This document shows, piece after piece, positions 45,633 to 54,451 of a stretch of 64,000 nt of DNA. This stretch comes from an uncultured bacterium (GTDB lineage: Bacteria; Patescibacteriota; Saccharimonadia; Saccharimonadales; UBA4665), in the NCBI GenBank assembly GCA_963794235.1, contig CAWCCP010000011.1, positions 25,490-89,489 on the forward strand, written 5' to 3'. The notes below the pieces were generated by a model. The model was not told the origin of the DNA and searched no databases. It was given only the letters and a program-made list of their open reading frames with translations. A program made the translations under genes and the position numbers. The first letter of the stretch is position 1. Every line of letters starts with the position of its first letter.

Positions 45633-45701
45633 ATTAGATACTAAATAGTTTAGCTGCTAATAAATTAAAGTCAAACATAGGTTCTTATTTGTTATGATTT
45701 A

Positions 45702-46384
45702 ATGCCTAGGAAAGTACTCGTATATTTTGTTAAAATATCTATATCAAACAAGATCCTAAATTACCGATATCCAATACAAGCGACTCTCGAAAACTAACGC
45801 GAAAAGAATTAGCAATTTTAATCCTCGCGATTCTTATTCTGCTCGGTTTAGGCTTCGTAAACCACTGGTCTATACTCCAGCACACCGCATTAAAAGCACT
45901 ATCTACTGAACGGCTGACCACAACGAAAACTAATCCAAACAAAGTATACACAATACCAAAATCTAAAGTTACCAATAACCAGATCTACGTTATAATACCG
46001 CAGCTTTCCATATCATTTTATCTGCCAAGCACTTTTCAAAATCTGGTATATATAACCAAAGACCTCCCTGGAGAGAATAGCAAACCAAATCCTGCTGCCT
46101 ATTTCTCGACCAGCTCACTTGCTCAAATTGATAGTGGATGTAATGCTCAATCAGCACCGCTCGGAGCGCTAGTAAAGATGAATGGTACCTATCCTGTTAA
46201 TAATCCGAATGCGGTTCAAAATTATGGCATTCTCATAAAACAATTTAATTCATTTTATATATCGGCTGCGTATCAACAAAAAGGTTGCGCTCACAACAGT
46301 CTTGATAGTGCGGACTCACTTGCTGAAACTGAGGCTCCTATTTTCTTGAATGCCGTTCACACGACTATACGTACCACCGACTAA
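45702..46384 (+). CDS. membrane-anchored secreted protein, hypothetical (probable indel in A4 run 45732-45735)
   Basis: The frame is open from 45734 to 46384 (...RKELAILILAILILLGLGFVNHW...) with no start codon. ATG 45702 (MPRKVLVYFVK) joins it if the A-run has one more A. The track shows only 46178-46384. Confidence 0.45.
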
Positions 46385-46404
46385 ATCTCGTATGTTTACA
46401 TGCA

Positions 46405-47871
46405 TTATTGAATGGTAGATTTGATCATACGTTCCGCATTTCTACGTGCTGTATTTTTTGCCCAGGTTCCTGTCGTCAAGACTCCGAGAACTAAAATAAT
46501 AAACCCCGATGCTGCAACAAGATCCCAGCTCACTCGATATGCCGCATTAAATCCGCTACCAGCCCTTAAGCTGGTTACGTGTGATGCGATTACCGTTCCG
46601 ATAATAGCCACCCCAAGCGTTTGACCTAATTGTCTCATTGTCGATGTGATACCAGCAGCTACGCCAGCTTGATCACGCGGCATACCCGATAGAGCTGTAT
46701 TACTTATGGCCGTGTTAATAAAACCGATGCCGATGCCAATTAATGCATATATACAATAGAGCAATATGCCTGTGGCATTTTTATGCAGTAAGGCCGCGAC
46801 CAAACCGGCACAGATAATACTCGTTCCACCAAGTAATAACGAGGGCCTTGGACCAAATTTACCAACAATTCTTCCCGAAAGAGGACCTATAATCGCCATC
46901 ATTGCTGGCATAGGTAAAATTGCAAGTCCGGCCTGAAGAGGTGAAAAATGTCGAATATCTTGGAGGTAAAATGTGTTAAGCAATAAGAAGCCGCCTTGAG
47001 CAATAAATGTACAGACCGCAATAGCAGTAGCACCGCTAAATGGTGCTGATCGGAAAAATCGCATATCAAGCAACGGTTGTCTATGCTGTAATTCGTACAA
47101 AATCAAACCAAAAAGACTTATTGCTGAGCCAACCAAACAGGACAATATATGAAAAGATAACCACCCATGGGTCGGGGCTTCAATTATGCCATAAATGAGC
47201 AAGCCTAAAGTACTGATTATAAGCACCTGACCTATAGGATCAATATGTCGAGGTTTGGCAGCTTTTGATTCAGGCACAAATTTACGAGCAAGTAAAAATG
47301 CAACGAGGCCAATCGGAACATTTATCCAAAAGATAGCCCGCCATCCGATCGACTCTACCAGAGCTCCTCCGAGCAAAGGCCCTACCGCAATGCTAATTCC
47401 AATCACACCGCCCCAAATACCGATTGCCCGAGCTCTCATTTTGGGATCAATAAAAGTGTTGGTTATAATTGAAAGTGCAACTGGGTTCAACATGCTACCT
47501 CCAACTGCTTGAAACATCCGAAAAAATATTAAAAACGACAGATTCGGAGCTAGGCTGCAGAGTAGGGAGCCTAGAGAAAATACACTAAGTCCAATTTGAA
47601 ATACTTTCCGACGTCCAATACGATCAGCAGTCGATGCTGAAACCATCAATAAACAAGAGAGAACCAGTGTATATGCATCAAGTGTCCATTGAGCTCCGGA
47701 GATTGAAGCCTTGAGCTCGTGCTGTATTGAAGGAAGTGCGACATTGAGTACGCTCGCATCCATACCCACAATAAAAATGCTCGTGCAGCAAATTGCAAGT
47801 ATTAAGCCACGTCTAACAGGTTGAACTGAAACGTTTTGAGACATTTCGGCATGATTTAATGTAGAAGCCAA
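46405..47871 (-). CDS. MFS transporter, DHA2 family
   Basis: 488 aa with 14 predicted TMs and the DRIGRRKVF motif. Confidence 0.85.
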   Translation of the reverse strand: MASTLNHAEMSQNVSVQPVRRGLILAICCTSIFIVGMDASVLNVALPSIQHELKASISGAQWTLDAYTLVLSCLLMVSASTADRIGRRKVFQIGLSVFSLGSLLCSLAPNLSFLIFFRMFQAVGGSMLNPVALSIITNTFIDPKMRARAIGIWGGVIGISIAVGPLLGGALVESIGWRAIFWINVPIGLVAFLLARKFVPESKAAKPRHIDPIGQVLIISTLGLLIYGIIEAPTHGWLSFHILSCLVGSAISLFGLILYELQHRQPLLDMRFFRSAPFSGATAIAVCTFIAQGGFLLLNTFYLQDIRHFSPLQAGLAILPMPAMMAIIGPLSGRIVGKFGPRPSLLLGGTSIICAGLVAALLHKNATGILLYCIYALIGIGIGFINTAISNTALSGMPRDQAGVAAGITSTMRQLGQTLGVAIIGTVIASHVTSLRAGSGFNAAYRVSWDLVAASGFIILVLGVLTTGTWAKNTARRNAERMIKSTIQ

Positions 47872-48030
47872 AAATCTACCTCCGGAATATACTTACTTTT
47901 TGTGTATTAAGCTCCGTATCATTATAAATACAATTTCATTTTTATACAGCGCTGACGAATCGTAATGTTGCTTGCGCATACTTACTGAAATGCTACCATG
48001 TAATTATCCTAATGAACGTAATACTCATAT

Positions 48031-48669
48031 ATGCATAAACACACTTGGCGTCACGCAAATGCCCGCCTAATACCTTGTGGCATACTTTTGGTAGGCGGGG
48101 CTGCGCTAAGTGGGGTATACGGTAATGTACGCCAAGGTGATTTTGACCATAAACTTATCGCATTATCAGGCGTTTTAATTTTCGTAATCTTCGCAGTCGC
48201 ATTTCTTAATGTTCTTTGTAATGCAGTACGCGAAATTATCACATTTTACGATCTATCTTCAGGACGCGCGGCTTCAATCCCATTTATTCTTCGGCTAGTT
48301 GGATATATTACCATTCTTTTAAGCAGCCTCGAATTACTCGGCATTTCAGTTGAAAGACTGCTGCTAGGCGGAGCCGTACTCGGGATTATTCTCGGTGTTG
48401 CAGCTCAGCAGGCTCTAGCAAATTTCTTTGCAAGTATCGTTCTTGTCATTTCACATCCTTTTTCCGTTGGTGAAAATATAACATTAACGTCTGGCTCTCT
48501 CGGAGGCCAGTATACCGGCAAAGTAATGTACATTGGCCTTACCCATACTCGACTCAAAGACGAAGAGGGCAATATAGTGTACCTCCCGAATGCAACTATC
48601 TTGTCTAGTGCGACAATCATGGCTCAACATCGTAAAAAAGTGACCACTACTGACGAACACCGTACTTAA
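48031..48669 (+). CDS. small-conductance mechanosensitive channel (MscS family)
   Basis: GVAAQQALANFFASIVLVISHPFSVGENITL plus a beta-domain. Confidence 0.75.
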   Translation: MHKHTWRHANARLIPCGILLVGGAALSGVYGNVRQGDFDHKLIALSGVLIFVIFAVAFLNVLCNAVREIITFYDLSSGRAASIPFILRLVGYITILLSSLELLGISVERLLLGGAVLGIILGVAAQQALANFFASIVLVISHPFSVGENITLTSGSLGGQYTGKVMYIGLTHTRLKDEEGNIVYLPNATILSSATIMAQHRKKVTTTDEHRT

Positions 48670-48674
48670 GAGCC

Positions 48675-49244
48675 ATGCAAAAGCTATTTATTCCTGTACT
48701 TATTGGTACCACGCGAACACAACGCAAAAGCATTTATGCAGCCAAGTTCATTAAAAATATAGGCGATTCATTTGATGAAATTGAATCTGTGCTTATTGAC
48801 CCCTTAGATTTTAATTTTCCAGGTGATGGAAACGATAGCGAGGCAAAAGATCCTAGATATAGCGCACTTACCAAAAAGGCAGATGGATTTTTTATTGTTT
48901 CCCCGGAATATAACCATAGTTTTCCAGGTAGTCTAAAGCGCATGCTAGATAGTGAGCTCGAAAACTATATACATAAGGCTGTCTCATTTGCAGGAGCTTC
49001 AAGTGGCCCCTGGGGCGGTGTCCGCGCAATAGAGGCACTCGTACTTACTACGCGAGAAATGGGTATGGTCTCAACTTTTACAGATGTACATTTTCCTCGG
49101 TTACAAGACTTGTTCGATGATCAAGGAAATATATTAGACCAAAAATACGTAGAGCGCGTTAAATCGTCTTGGACAGAGCTTATATGGATGGCTCAGGTCT
49201 TAAAACAGGGGACAGAATCGGTACCAAACAAATACGACAATTAA
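48675..49244 (+). CDS. NADPH-dependent FMN reductase family protein
   Basis: GTTRTQRKS...FIVSPEYNHSFPGSLKRMLD is the family signature. Confidence 0.75.
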   Translation: MQKLFIPVLIGTTRTQRKSIYAAKFIKNIGDSFDEIESVLIDPLDFNFPGDGNDSEAKDPRYSALTKKADGFFIVSPEYNHSFPGSLKRMLDSELENYIHKAVSFAGASSGPWGGVRAIEALVLTTREMGMVSTFTDVHFPRLQDLFDDQGNILDQKYVERVKSSWTELIWMAQVLKQGTESVPNKYDN

Positions 49245-49247
49245 AAA

Positions 49248-49739
49248 TTACGGTATAGGCGCGAACACCGCTGTCACTACTACGATAGTTCCTAAAATGA
49301 GAAAGGCTACACCCAGTTTAACTTGATCCACAAGTATACAGCCGATGCTTAGGATTACCAAAACAGTACCGATAGCAACAAGAAGGATAACTTTTCGATC
49401 AGATGTTTCACTAATATCTTCTGTAGCAACAGGCTTCGGGGGCTTAAACGGAGCTTCGAGTATATCAGATAACTTATAACCACCTATAAACGGTAAACTT
49501 TGACCTGAGCTATATGTAACATCCGTTGCATTATTGCTCGCTGGAGCGGAGCCGGAATCTGTTGTTGTTTCTTGCTCACTAGAATCGGAATCTGTAGTCC
49601 CATCAACTTTTGATGAGCTCGCTATCGTTTGATTTTCCGGTGTAGCTCTTGGCTTGTCAAGTGGTATCGACTTCACGCCTGAGCGTAATGTATCTTTGAT
49701 CTCTTTAGCTTTTGCCTGCAGAAGTACGTCGTTTTCCAT
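49248..49739 (-). CDS. hypothetical protein with C-terminal TM helices
   Basis: 163-aa ORF with an S/T/D-rich centre. Confidence 0.5.
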   Translation of the reverse strand: MENDVLLQAKAKEIKDTLRSGVKSIPLDKPRATPENQTIASSSKVDGTTDSDSSEQETTTDSGSAPASNNATDVTYSSGQSLPFIGGYKLSDILEAPFKPPKPVATEDISETSDRKVILLVAIGTVLVILSIGCILVDQVKLGVAFLILGTIVVVTAVFAPIP

Positions 49740-49889
49740 AATTATTAAACATAGTTAAATGTTCCCCTGTAAGCCGTAGAGGTCGAGCTTAGAAAAAGCC
49801 GTTCGAAGACAAATAGTAAACAGACTAATTTCTAATGCCCGACTCATACGGTCCTAAAACATGCCTTAATTCCGCGAATTTATATATTT

Positions 49890-50159
49890 TTACAAAGCAC
49901 TATGGTGCGAACGGTGTTGAAATGCATTTAAGAGCGCAGAGAATATGACTGCGCCAATTAACGACCATACCACACCAGACCAGGAGAACATGAAGTAGCT
50001 CTGGCTACCACTTCCGACTAACCTTGCTAACGCACTACCAATAATCGCTCCTACGATTCCTATTAATACACTAGGAATAATCCCTTCGTCCCTTCCCATT
50101 ATATGGGCACCTAACCAACCTATAATTGCCCCTAGGACTAACACTACGATCAAATTCAT
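49890..50159 (-). CDS. GlsB/YeaQ/YmgE-family stress membrane protein
   Basis: LGAIIGWLGAHIMG...IGIVGAIIGSAL. The start is taken at MNLIVVL after GGAGAA. Confidence 0.75.
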   Translation of the reverse strand: MNLIVVLVLGAIIGWLGAHIMGRDEGIIPSVLIGIVGAIIGSALARLVGSGSQSYFMFSWSGVVWSLIGAVIFSALLNAFQHRSHHSAL

Positions 50160-50451
50160 ATATTCTCCTTTCAGATTTACATCGGTTTTCAAATACTATT
50201 AATTGTTCAGTACAGTACGGAAAATTTATCATTTTCTAACTTCTTTCGTAAAATTCAACCAATTCAGCCATACAAACTCTTTGGAGTAACAATTTGTCTC
50301 TGTGCTACGTGCTTACCTTTCATGCGCTCTCCTTTCATGAACTTACATTCCTGTAACATATGCAATTCTATAGATTATGCCGTAACGAGGCAGTAACAAT
50401 AATCGCACAGTAGCTAAGATAACGTTCACATTTTATGTGTCAGATATTTTA

Positions 50452-51207
50452 CTAACGGTTAGAGCCAACTCGTTCCTCTGGTTCGATATTACTCAGACGT
50501 AATTCATCAGGATCCGTTTCGTCATCACCAGATAAAATTTCTATCTCGTCTTCGTCATTTATTTGATCTCGTATTTTATCGTATCCCATCGATCGTAGTC
50601 TCGAATCTTCCTCAGTTTGAAATTCAGTCCTTCCAGCAATTGTGTCGTTTCCCGTCTGTAATTCACCTGGTTCGCGTTGACTAAGCATTTTAATGATAGC
50701 CTTATTAAAAGCAGGCAAGTCATCTGGGTCACGGCTTGTGATGAGGTTTCCATCGACCACCACTTCTTTATCGACCCAGTCACCGCCCGCATTGACTACG
50801 TCATCCTTAATTGTATAATAGCTAGTTAATCTTTTACCCTCTACTAGGTCTGCCGATACGAGTAACCACGGAGCATGACAAATGGCAGCCATAGGTTTAT
50901 TATCTTCGAAAAACTCTAAAACAAGACGTTGTGCAGCTTCATTGACACGTAAGCTGTCAGCATTGAGCGCACCTCCAGGCAACACGATCGCATCATAATC
51001 CTCGCTTGAAACTTGATCTAGTAAAAGATCAGCCTTAAATGAGTCAGCTAACTTAACATGATTCATGCCTTGTAGTTCAAGTTGTTTAGATGCAATGATA
51101 GTTACTTCAGCGCCGGCATCTTTAAGGGCGCTTATAGGCTCTTCAAACTCTGCTTGTTCAAAATAATTATCCACTAATATTGCCACGTACTTCCCTGAAA
51201 TATCCAT
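50452..51207 (-). CDS. DJ-1/PfpI-family protein with ~70-aa acidic C-terminal extension
   Basis: Nucleophile-elbow AAICHAPWLL. The core is ~180 aa, followed by a D/E-rich tail. Confidence 0.8.
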   Translation of the reverse strand: MDISGKYVAILVDNYFEQAEFEEPISALKDAGAEVTIIASKQLELQGMNHVKLADSFKADLLLDQVSSEDYDAIVLPGGALNADSLRVNEAAQRLVLEFFEDNKPMAAICHAPWLLVSADLVEGKRLTSYYTIKDDVVNAGGDWVDKEVVVDGNLITSRDPDDLPAFNKAIIKMLSQREPGELQTGNDTIAGRTEFQTEEDSRLRSMGYDKIRDQINDEDEIEILSGDDETDPDELRLSNIEPEERVGSNR

Positions 51208-51336
51208 AAATAATCTCCTTTCTACGTTAGATCTCTATAGTAACGCTGGCCCGTCATAAGCGCAGTGACGTTTTTTATACATATACTGTGAATTATCTGG
51301 CATTGATGAAGTACAAAAAATTATACAATAGAAGTA

Positions 51337-51996
51337 ATGCACTCCTTACCCGATCACCTCGATACTGTCTTTGGAAGTGAAATTACCAGACGCTACCCTA
51401 AAGGACAGGCCATACTATTTCAAAATGATCCAGTACTCGACGTCGTATATCTCAGAAGGGGATTGATAAAAATCTTTGACACAGACAATAACGGCATAGA
51501 TAAAATTCTTCACTTATTGAAACCGCCCGCAATTTTACCATTCGTATTTTTCTCGGGTGATGCTACGATTACGCAGTGGAACTATTCTGCACTCACGGAT
51601 TGTGATGTGTCAGTCATGCCATCGGAAAGACTTATGGCTCTTATGGGCACTAACGCCCCACTAACTTTAACCTTACTAAAATGGTTTTCAGTTGAGGCGA
51701 ATGAACTCATGGTGCGTCTTAGTAGTATGAGTAAGACGAATACACGCGATAAGTTTATCGCAGCGTTAAAGTTTCTAGTTATGCATCACGCTGTTGAACG
51801 CAGAAACGGATGGTGGAGAGTGACATTTTCTGTCAACCAGCAACTACTCGCAGATATGACAGGGATGACAAGAGAAAGTGGCGCAATGATTATGAAGCTT
51901 TTCAAAAATGAAAAAATTATCCGTCAACCCCGTCTGACAATTCTTGAGATCAATCGAGTAAATCTCTTGCACGAAGATCATATCCTAAAAATATAA
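51337..51996 (+). CDS. Crp/Fnr-family transcriptional regulator
   Basis: cNMP-binding-like domain plus HTH (LADMTGMTRESGAMIMKLFKNEKII). Confidence 0.75.
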   Translation: MHSLPDHLDTVFGSEITRRYPKGQAILFQNDPVLDVVYLRRGLIKIFDTDNNGIDKILHLLKPPAILPFVFFSGDATITQWNYSALTDCDVSVMPSERLMALMGTNAPLTLTLLKWFSVEANELMVRLSSMSKTNTRDKFIAALKFLVMHHAVERRNGWWRVTFSVNQQLLADMTGMTRESGAMIMKLFKNEKIIRQPRLTILEINRVNLLHEDHILKI

Positions 51997-52119
51997 TCTT
52001 TATACTATTCCTGCTCAGCTAACACGCCTGAAAGTCCTGTAAAATTATTAAGGAGATTAATACATAAAGGAGATCCTATTAAATTTAAAGATTTTATCAC
52101 TCGGCAACGAGTAGGTATT

Positions 52120-52821
52120 TTGGTTATTGGGACACTGAGCTTTATTGTTTCATTAATGATAGCGCGAAAGACAGGCTATTCAAGCATTTCAGGAGATTTA
52201 TTTATCGACCTAGCTGCGTCTGCTACGACAGTCGTTTTTACTGCTCTAATTATTGATTACTTAGGCTTGAAAGAACAGGTAAATAAAACTAAAAATGCCG
52301 CTGGCCTTGCAGAAGATGAAATTCGAGCAACTTGTTTTCGTGTTAAGTGGCGCATGGCAAGGCTATTCGGCCTACAACGAAATCGTATTATAGAAAGAGA
52401 AAATATTAGTAATCGACAAGAGGCAAGAGAGTATCTCGATAAAGCAGAGCAAGAAGTTAACAGCTATTTGAACTCATATCAACTTACAAATCCTAAGACC
52501 CCCTTAGAATCCTCAAGATTTTCTAAATATTTAGAGCGCCTGGTAGCTGCACGTGCCGAACTAGAGCAAACCCTTGTTCTCTATGAATATGCTATGAACT
52601 ATAGTTTACGTGAACGAGTTTTAAGTTTAAGAACGGAACTACAAATTGCAGATAACATACTCGGTTTTATTGACAACTCTGATGACTTGAACGACGCGAA
52701 CATATCTTTAATACGTGTGCTCTCGCAATCTATATATGAAGCCATAGAAAAAGTACTCGAACATGATTCGCAAATTACATCGGGAACACCACTTCATGCA
52801 AAAGACAGTAGTCTTGTATGA
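52120..52821 (+). CDS. hypothetical membrane protein with helical C-terminal domain
   Basis: 233-aa ORF (TTG) with two N-terminal TM helices. Confidence 0.5.
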   Translation: MVIGTLSFIVSLMIARKTGYSSISGDLFIDLAASATTVVFTALIIDYLGLKEQVNKTKNAAGLAEDEIRATCFRVKWRMARLFGLQRNRIIERENISNRQEAREYLDKAEQEVNSYLNSYQLTNPKTPLESSRFSKYLERLVAARAELEQTLVLYEYAMNYSLRERVLSLRTELQIADNILGFIDNSDDLNDANISLIRVLSQSIYEAIEKVLEHDSQITSGTPLHAKDSSLV

Positions 52822-52943
52822 TAATTCAATCACTGATAATGTTGATCACTAAAGATTAATCTTTTAGATCATATAATTTCGCAAAAGCTTGAGCTTTAAT
52901 GGTACAATATTGACGTTGCATATAAAAAACTAACAGGGCAAAA

Positions 52944-53357
52944 ATGATAAAAAAACACTCTGACGACCCAAACGTAGAGCTTGCCGCTACCCAAGCGTTG
53001 TCTATCATAAAAACAGTTCTTGAAAGTCTACCACCAGCTAGTTCATTCGACTATGGAGGTCATACGCTCAGTATTGGCGAGTACGACGTTTGCGCCACAT
53101 GTACAAAGCCAATAGCCGAGGCTCAACAAGCCAGTAATGCTTTATTGAAACGAGCAAAAGAAATTGATGATGAGATTATTGAAGAACATCTCGAAGTAGC
53201 CGCACAGCTTTTCCACACAGAAGCGGAAGCTGCAGTCATACGCGCTGAATTACACAATGGGTTCGGAACGGAAAAAATACTGAATTTTATACTCGGTTTT
53301 CAATACGAACATGATATTCATGATGATTATCACCACAGTCATAAGAATGGAAATTAA
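52944..53357 (+). CDS. hypothetical protein
   Basis: 137-aa ORF, 3 nt upstream of the GH15 gene. Confidence 0.5.
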   Translation: MIKKHSDDPNVELAATQALSIIKTVLESLPPASSFDYGGHTLSIGEYDVCATCTKPIAEAQQASNALLKRAKEIDDEIIEEHLEVAAQLFHTEAEAAVIRAELHNGFGTEKILNFILGFQYEHDIHDDYHHSHKNGN

Positions 53358-53360
53358 TCT

Positions 53361-54407
53361 ATGAACCAAGAAGAAACAGTTAAACGACACCTCGATAATC
53401 TAAGAAAATTAATAACTCCACGCGGTCTTTTTCTCGCATCTTCCAAAAATGTAGAAACAGGTTATGACAAAGCCTGGTTACGAGACAATGTCTACGAGGC
53501 ATTGGCCTTTGAATATGCAGATGATTGGAAAGTAGTCGAAAAAGATTATCACACACTCCTAGATATATTTGACAAACATATCGATAAAATAAATTGGGCC
53601 ACCACAAACAAGCCCTTCGAAACATGGCAATTTATCCACGCACGTTATAATCCTGATACACTTGAAGAATTTTGGGAATCTTGGGGCAATAAGCAACATG
53701 ATGCCGTTGGGGCCGTTTTATTTAAGCTAGCCGATTTCGAAGCTAAGGGTAAAAGTGTCTTACGAAATCAAAAAGACCGACGAACTGTCCAGACACTTAT
53801 ATATTACATCTGTAATGTTGAGTACTGGCATGACACGGATTCAGGCATGTGGGAAGAAAATGAAGAAGTTCATGCAAGCTCGATTGGTGCAGTCGTAGCA
53901 GGCTTGAAAAAATGGCAAGACGTGGGTGGTATGGATGTTGATCCAGATGCAATTGCTCGTGGCGAAGCAGCCCTACACGCACTATTGCCCAGGGAGTCCG
54001 AGTCAAAGTTTACTGACCTAGCATTATTGTCTTTAATTTATCCATACAACATTGTCGACCACGAGATGGCACAATTAATTGTCGATAATCTTGTCTATCA
54101 TCTTACAAAAGACAAGGGGGTGATGCGCTACAAATTTGATCATTACTACAATAAAAATAGTGACGGCTACTCAGAAGAAGCCGAGTGGTGTTTCGGCTTA
54201 TCTTGGCTTGCTATAGCATATGAAAAATTGGGCGATCATATAAAAGCAAAAGAATACCTGAATAAAGCTACCGCAACAGTGACTATAGACGGCAAAATTC
54301 CTGAGTTATATTTTTCGCATTCAAACCGAGCTAATGAAAACACACCATTGGGCTGGTCAGAAAGTATGTATGTCGCGGCGATCTATGAAGTCACACTGCA
54401 AAAATAA
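53361..54407 (+). CDS. glycoside hydrolase family 15 (glucoamylase-like catalytic domain)
   Basis: AWLRDNVY, NKQHDAVGAV, MWEENEEVHASSIGAVVAGL and GWSESMY are typical (alpha/alpha)6 GH15 motifs. Confidence 0.7.
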   Translation: MNQEETVKRHLDNLRKLITPRGLFLASSKNVETGYDKAWLRDNVYEALAFEYADDWKVVEKDYHTLLDIFDKHIDKINWATTNKPFETWQFIHARYNPDTLEEFWESWGNKQHDAVGAVLFKLADFEAKGKSVLRNQKDRRTVQTLIYYICNVEYWHDTDSGMWEENEEVHASSIGAVVAGLKKWQDVGGMDVDPDAIARGEAALHALLPRESESKFTDLALLSLIYPYNIVDHEMAQLIVDNLVYHLTKDKGVMRYKFDHYYNKNSDGYSEEAEWCFGLSWLAIAYEKLGDHIKAKEYLNKATATVTIDGKIPELYFSHSNRANENTPLGWSESMYVAAIYEVTLQK

Positions 54408-54451
54408 TTTATTTCTCATCTCTAAAATAATGACTTTTGCAATCTATTACT

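Noticed and set aside
45739-45975. 78-aa minus-strand ORF
   Set aside because: The + strand frame across 45734-46384 is open for 217 codons and has a TM anchor, which makes it the more plausible gene.
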